From the sequence record PZ386965.1: a stretch of 64,000 nt of DNA. One strand, 5' to 3'. Below the pieces are notes generated by a model. The model saw only the letters and a list, made by a program, of their open reading frames with translations. It searched no databases and had not been told where the DNA came from. Within the stretch, counting starts at the first letter, position 1. Each line of letters opens with the position of its first letter. The DNA comes from a phage. The translations under genes were made by a program, and so were the position numbers. Below are positions 62,282 through 64,000 of this stretch, piece after piece.

Positions 62282-63181
62282 TTATTCCTCGATTACGACA
62301 TCTTCGTATTTAGGTATATTATACGGCGAAGAAATTAAAGCATTAAAGTAGATGAACTCACCAAGACCTGGATGGAATACTTCTTCAGGATTTTCGAAAT
62401 ATTGAATTTTCGGACGTCCTTTAAGAATTTGATAGTACTCAGTTTTAGTTGGTTTAAAAATTCGAATCAGCGCTTCTTCAGGATACTTATTTCTGTCGAA
62501 GCTATTATTTGGATCGGTTATATAAAGCGCTTGGCCTAATTGAATTGCACATTCAACCACTTGTTCAAAACGATAGCACGGGTCACTAATTCGAAATGGA
62601 TGAAAAATACCATCTAGATGAATAGGAGCCAAATCACCTACAAGACGCTGCATGATGGAAGGACGTATAACTTTCTGCGTTACGATAATCTTATTACCAT
62701 CTGCACCTGCGTTAACCAGCACTTCTTTTTGACGTTCATTCAACACAGTAGTTTGAAGTGAACGATTAACAGACAACATGTCGGTTTTTAAGAATTCATC
62801 AATATAAAAACGTGGTTTATTAGGGTCTGCAGTGATATTGAAATTGAATTCCACATCAAAAGCGCCGCCATAACCAGTGATATCTGTGATTAGAAAATCA
62901 CAATCATAATAATCAATTAATGAATCAACCACAAATTCATTTTCAGTCCAGAAATATTTACGAGTGTTATACGCGTTATCTTTATACCATAATGGAACAA
63001 ACTTAAATTCTGGGAAAAGACGTTCACATTCTTTAATATCAGATGCATTACGTGGATATGTAATCACATCACCCGGATTAGCACGGTGCAAATGAAGTTG
63101 GAAGTTGCCATCCTTAAGGATAGCATACTGTCCAGTTTCATAAGACCGCATACTCAAGATTGGTACGCGGAAAATAGCCAT
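62282..63181 (-). CDS. hypothetical protein (299 aa), candidate modification enzyme
   Basis: ORF track; occupies the uvsX-42 interval where T4 has beta-glucosyltransferase but has no recognisable bgt motifs. Confidence 0.45.
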   Translation of the reverse strand: MAIFRVPILSMRSYETGQYAILKDGNFQLHLHRANPGDVITYPRNASDIKECERLFPEFKFVPLWYKDNAYNTRKYFWTENEFVVDSLIDYYDCDFLITDITGYGGAFDVEFNFNITADPNKPRFYIDEFLKTDMLSVNRSLQTTVLNERQKEVLVNAGADGNKIIVTQKVIRPSIMQRLVGDLAPIHLDGIFHPFRISDPCYRFEQVVECAIQLGQALYITDPNNSFDRNKYPEEALIRIFKPTKTEYYQILKGRPKIQYFENPEEVFHPGLGEFIYFNALISSPYNIPKYEDVVIEE

Positions 63182-63897
63182 TAGTCAAGGAATCCTTTAA
63201 CATAATCAAAATCACGTTCAAACACATGGGCACTTACCATGGTATGAGTATAATCACCAACTTCTACACCGCATTCGTTAGCGATATAATGAAGTAATTT
63301 TCCTTGGAGATAAAAATCCAACTGCATAACAACAGCACAGTTCTGAGAACGCATATGACAGTGGGTATAAAGCTTACCATCACGAATATAATAAGTTACT
63401 GAGTCAGTACATGGATATTCAAGTGTTTCGTCCGAATCAAGCAAAGCCTGATCAGAACTTTCTAGAATTTGGAACACAACTCTTCGAGAGTTAGGTTTTT
63501 CTTTAAGTTCTTTTAGAAGAGTTGGTAATTGGGCCGCAATGCGAGGACCATAGAAAGTGTTGAAGTTCGCCGGCAAAACATCTGATTTTGGTTTAGAAAT
63601 AAATTTAGCGACATTAGGATATGCCTTAAACGCTTCTTCTGCGTTGGTACCACCAGAAATCATAAACTTCCAGAAGTCTTCGGCATATTCATAAGAGATG
63701 CGGTTAATACGTGGGTCGGTCATTTTGAATGATGATGGAGTGTCAACAACTACTGTCATAGACCCAATTTCATTACAACGTCCAATACGAGAATCAGTTA
63801 CGAATTCCGGGTTTTCTAAAATTTCACGATTGACTGCTTTAAACGCGGTTTGAAAATCTGCGGCTTTGATATATTTCATTGTGTTATGTTTTCCCAT
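63181..63897 (-). CDS. 42: thymidylate synthase-family pyrimidine hydroxymethylase (probable dCMP hydroxymethylase)
   Basis: 238 aa; ...SRRVVFQI...YPCTDSVTYYIRDG...MRSQN... parallels the TS active-site architecture seen in td in this window. Confidence 0.6.
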   Translation of the reverse strand: MGKHNTMKYIKAADFQTAFKAVNREILENPEFVTDSRIGRCNEIGSMTVVVDTPSSFKMTDPRINRISYEYAEDFWKFMISGGTNAEEAFKAYPNVAKFISKPKSDVLPANFNTFYGPRIAAQLPTLLKELKEKPNSRRVVFQILESSDQALLDSDETLEYPCTDSVTYYIRDGKLYTHCHMRSQNCAVVMQLDFYLQGKLLHYIANECGVEVGDYTHTMVSAHVFERDFDYVKGFLD

Positions 63898-64000
63898 GTT
63901 TACCTCAATACAATTTATTATATACTCAATTCGTAAAGCTTATTTGAATTTCTTGACAATGTTGATATAACGTAAAGCTTCAGAATCTATACTTCCAAGA

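Overview
This window reads as a contiguous piece of a T4-like (T-even, Tevenvirinae) myovirus genome, gene-dense on both strands. All calls rest on reading the supplied ORF translations for family motifs plus T4-type gene order; no database search or alignment was run, and T4 comparisons are from memory. Minus strand (early/middle genes, left to right): 30.x-like ORFs, rIII, 31, cd, pseT, a spanin-like pair, alc, rnlA, denA, nrdB, nrdA, td, frd, 32, 59, 33, dsbA, rnh; then asiA, arn, motA, 52, ndd, denB-like, rIIB, rIIA, 39, dexA, dda, srd-like, modA, modB, soc, 56, 61, sp, dmd, 41, 40, uvsX and a gene 42-like hydroxymethylase. Plus strand: the late tail-fiber and lysis block 34-35-36-37-38-t. 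Regulatory signals are T4-like: many sigma70-type early promoters on the minus strand, TATAAATA late promoters, and GC-stem hairpins with UUCG tetraloops after genes. The window looks intron-free with no obvious homing endonuclease genes, and gene 39 is a single fused ORF. The most interesting content is accessory: (1) a GT4-like glycosyltransferase between rIIA.1 and gene 39; (2) two non-T4 genes where T4 carries beta-glucosyltransferase (between uvsX and 42); (3) a DAHP synthase translationally coupled to cd; (4) a small Arr/ART-like ORF plus an unknown between dmd and gene 41. Items 1-2, possibly with 3, may form a non-glucose hydroxymethylcytosine sugar-modification system; that is inference.
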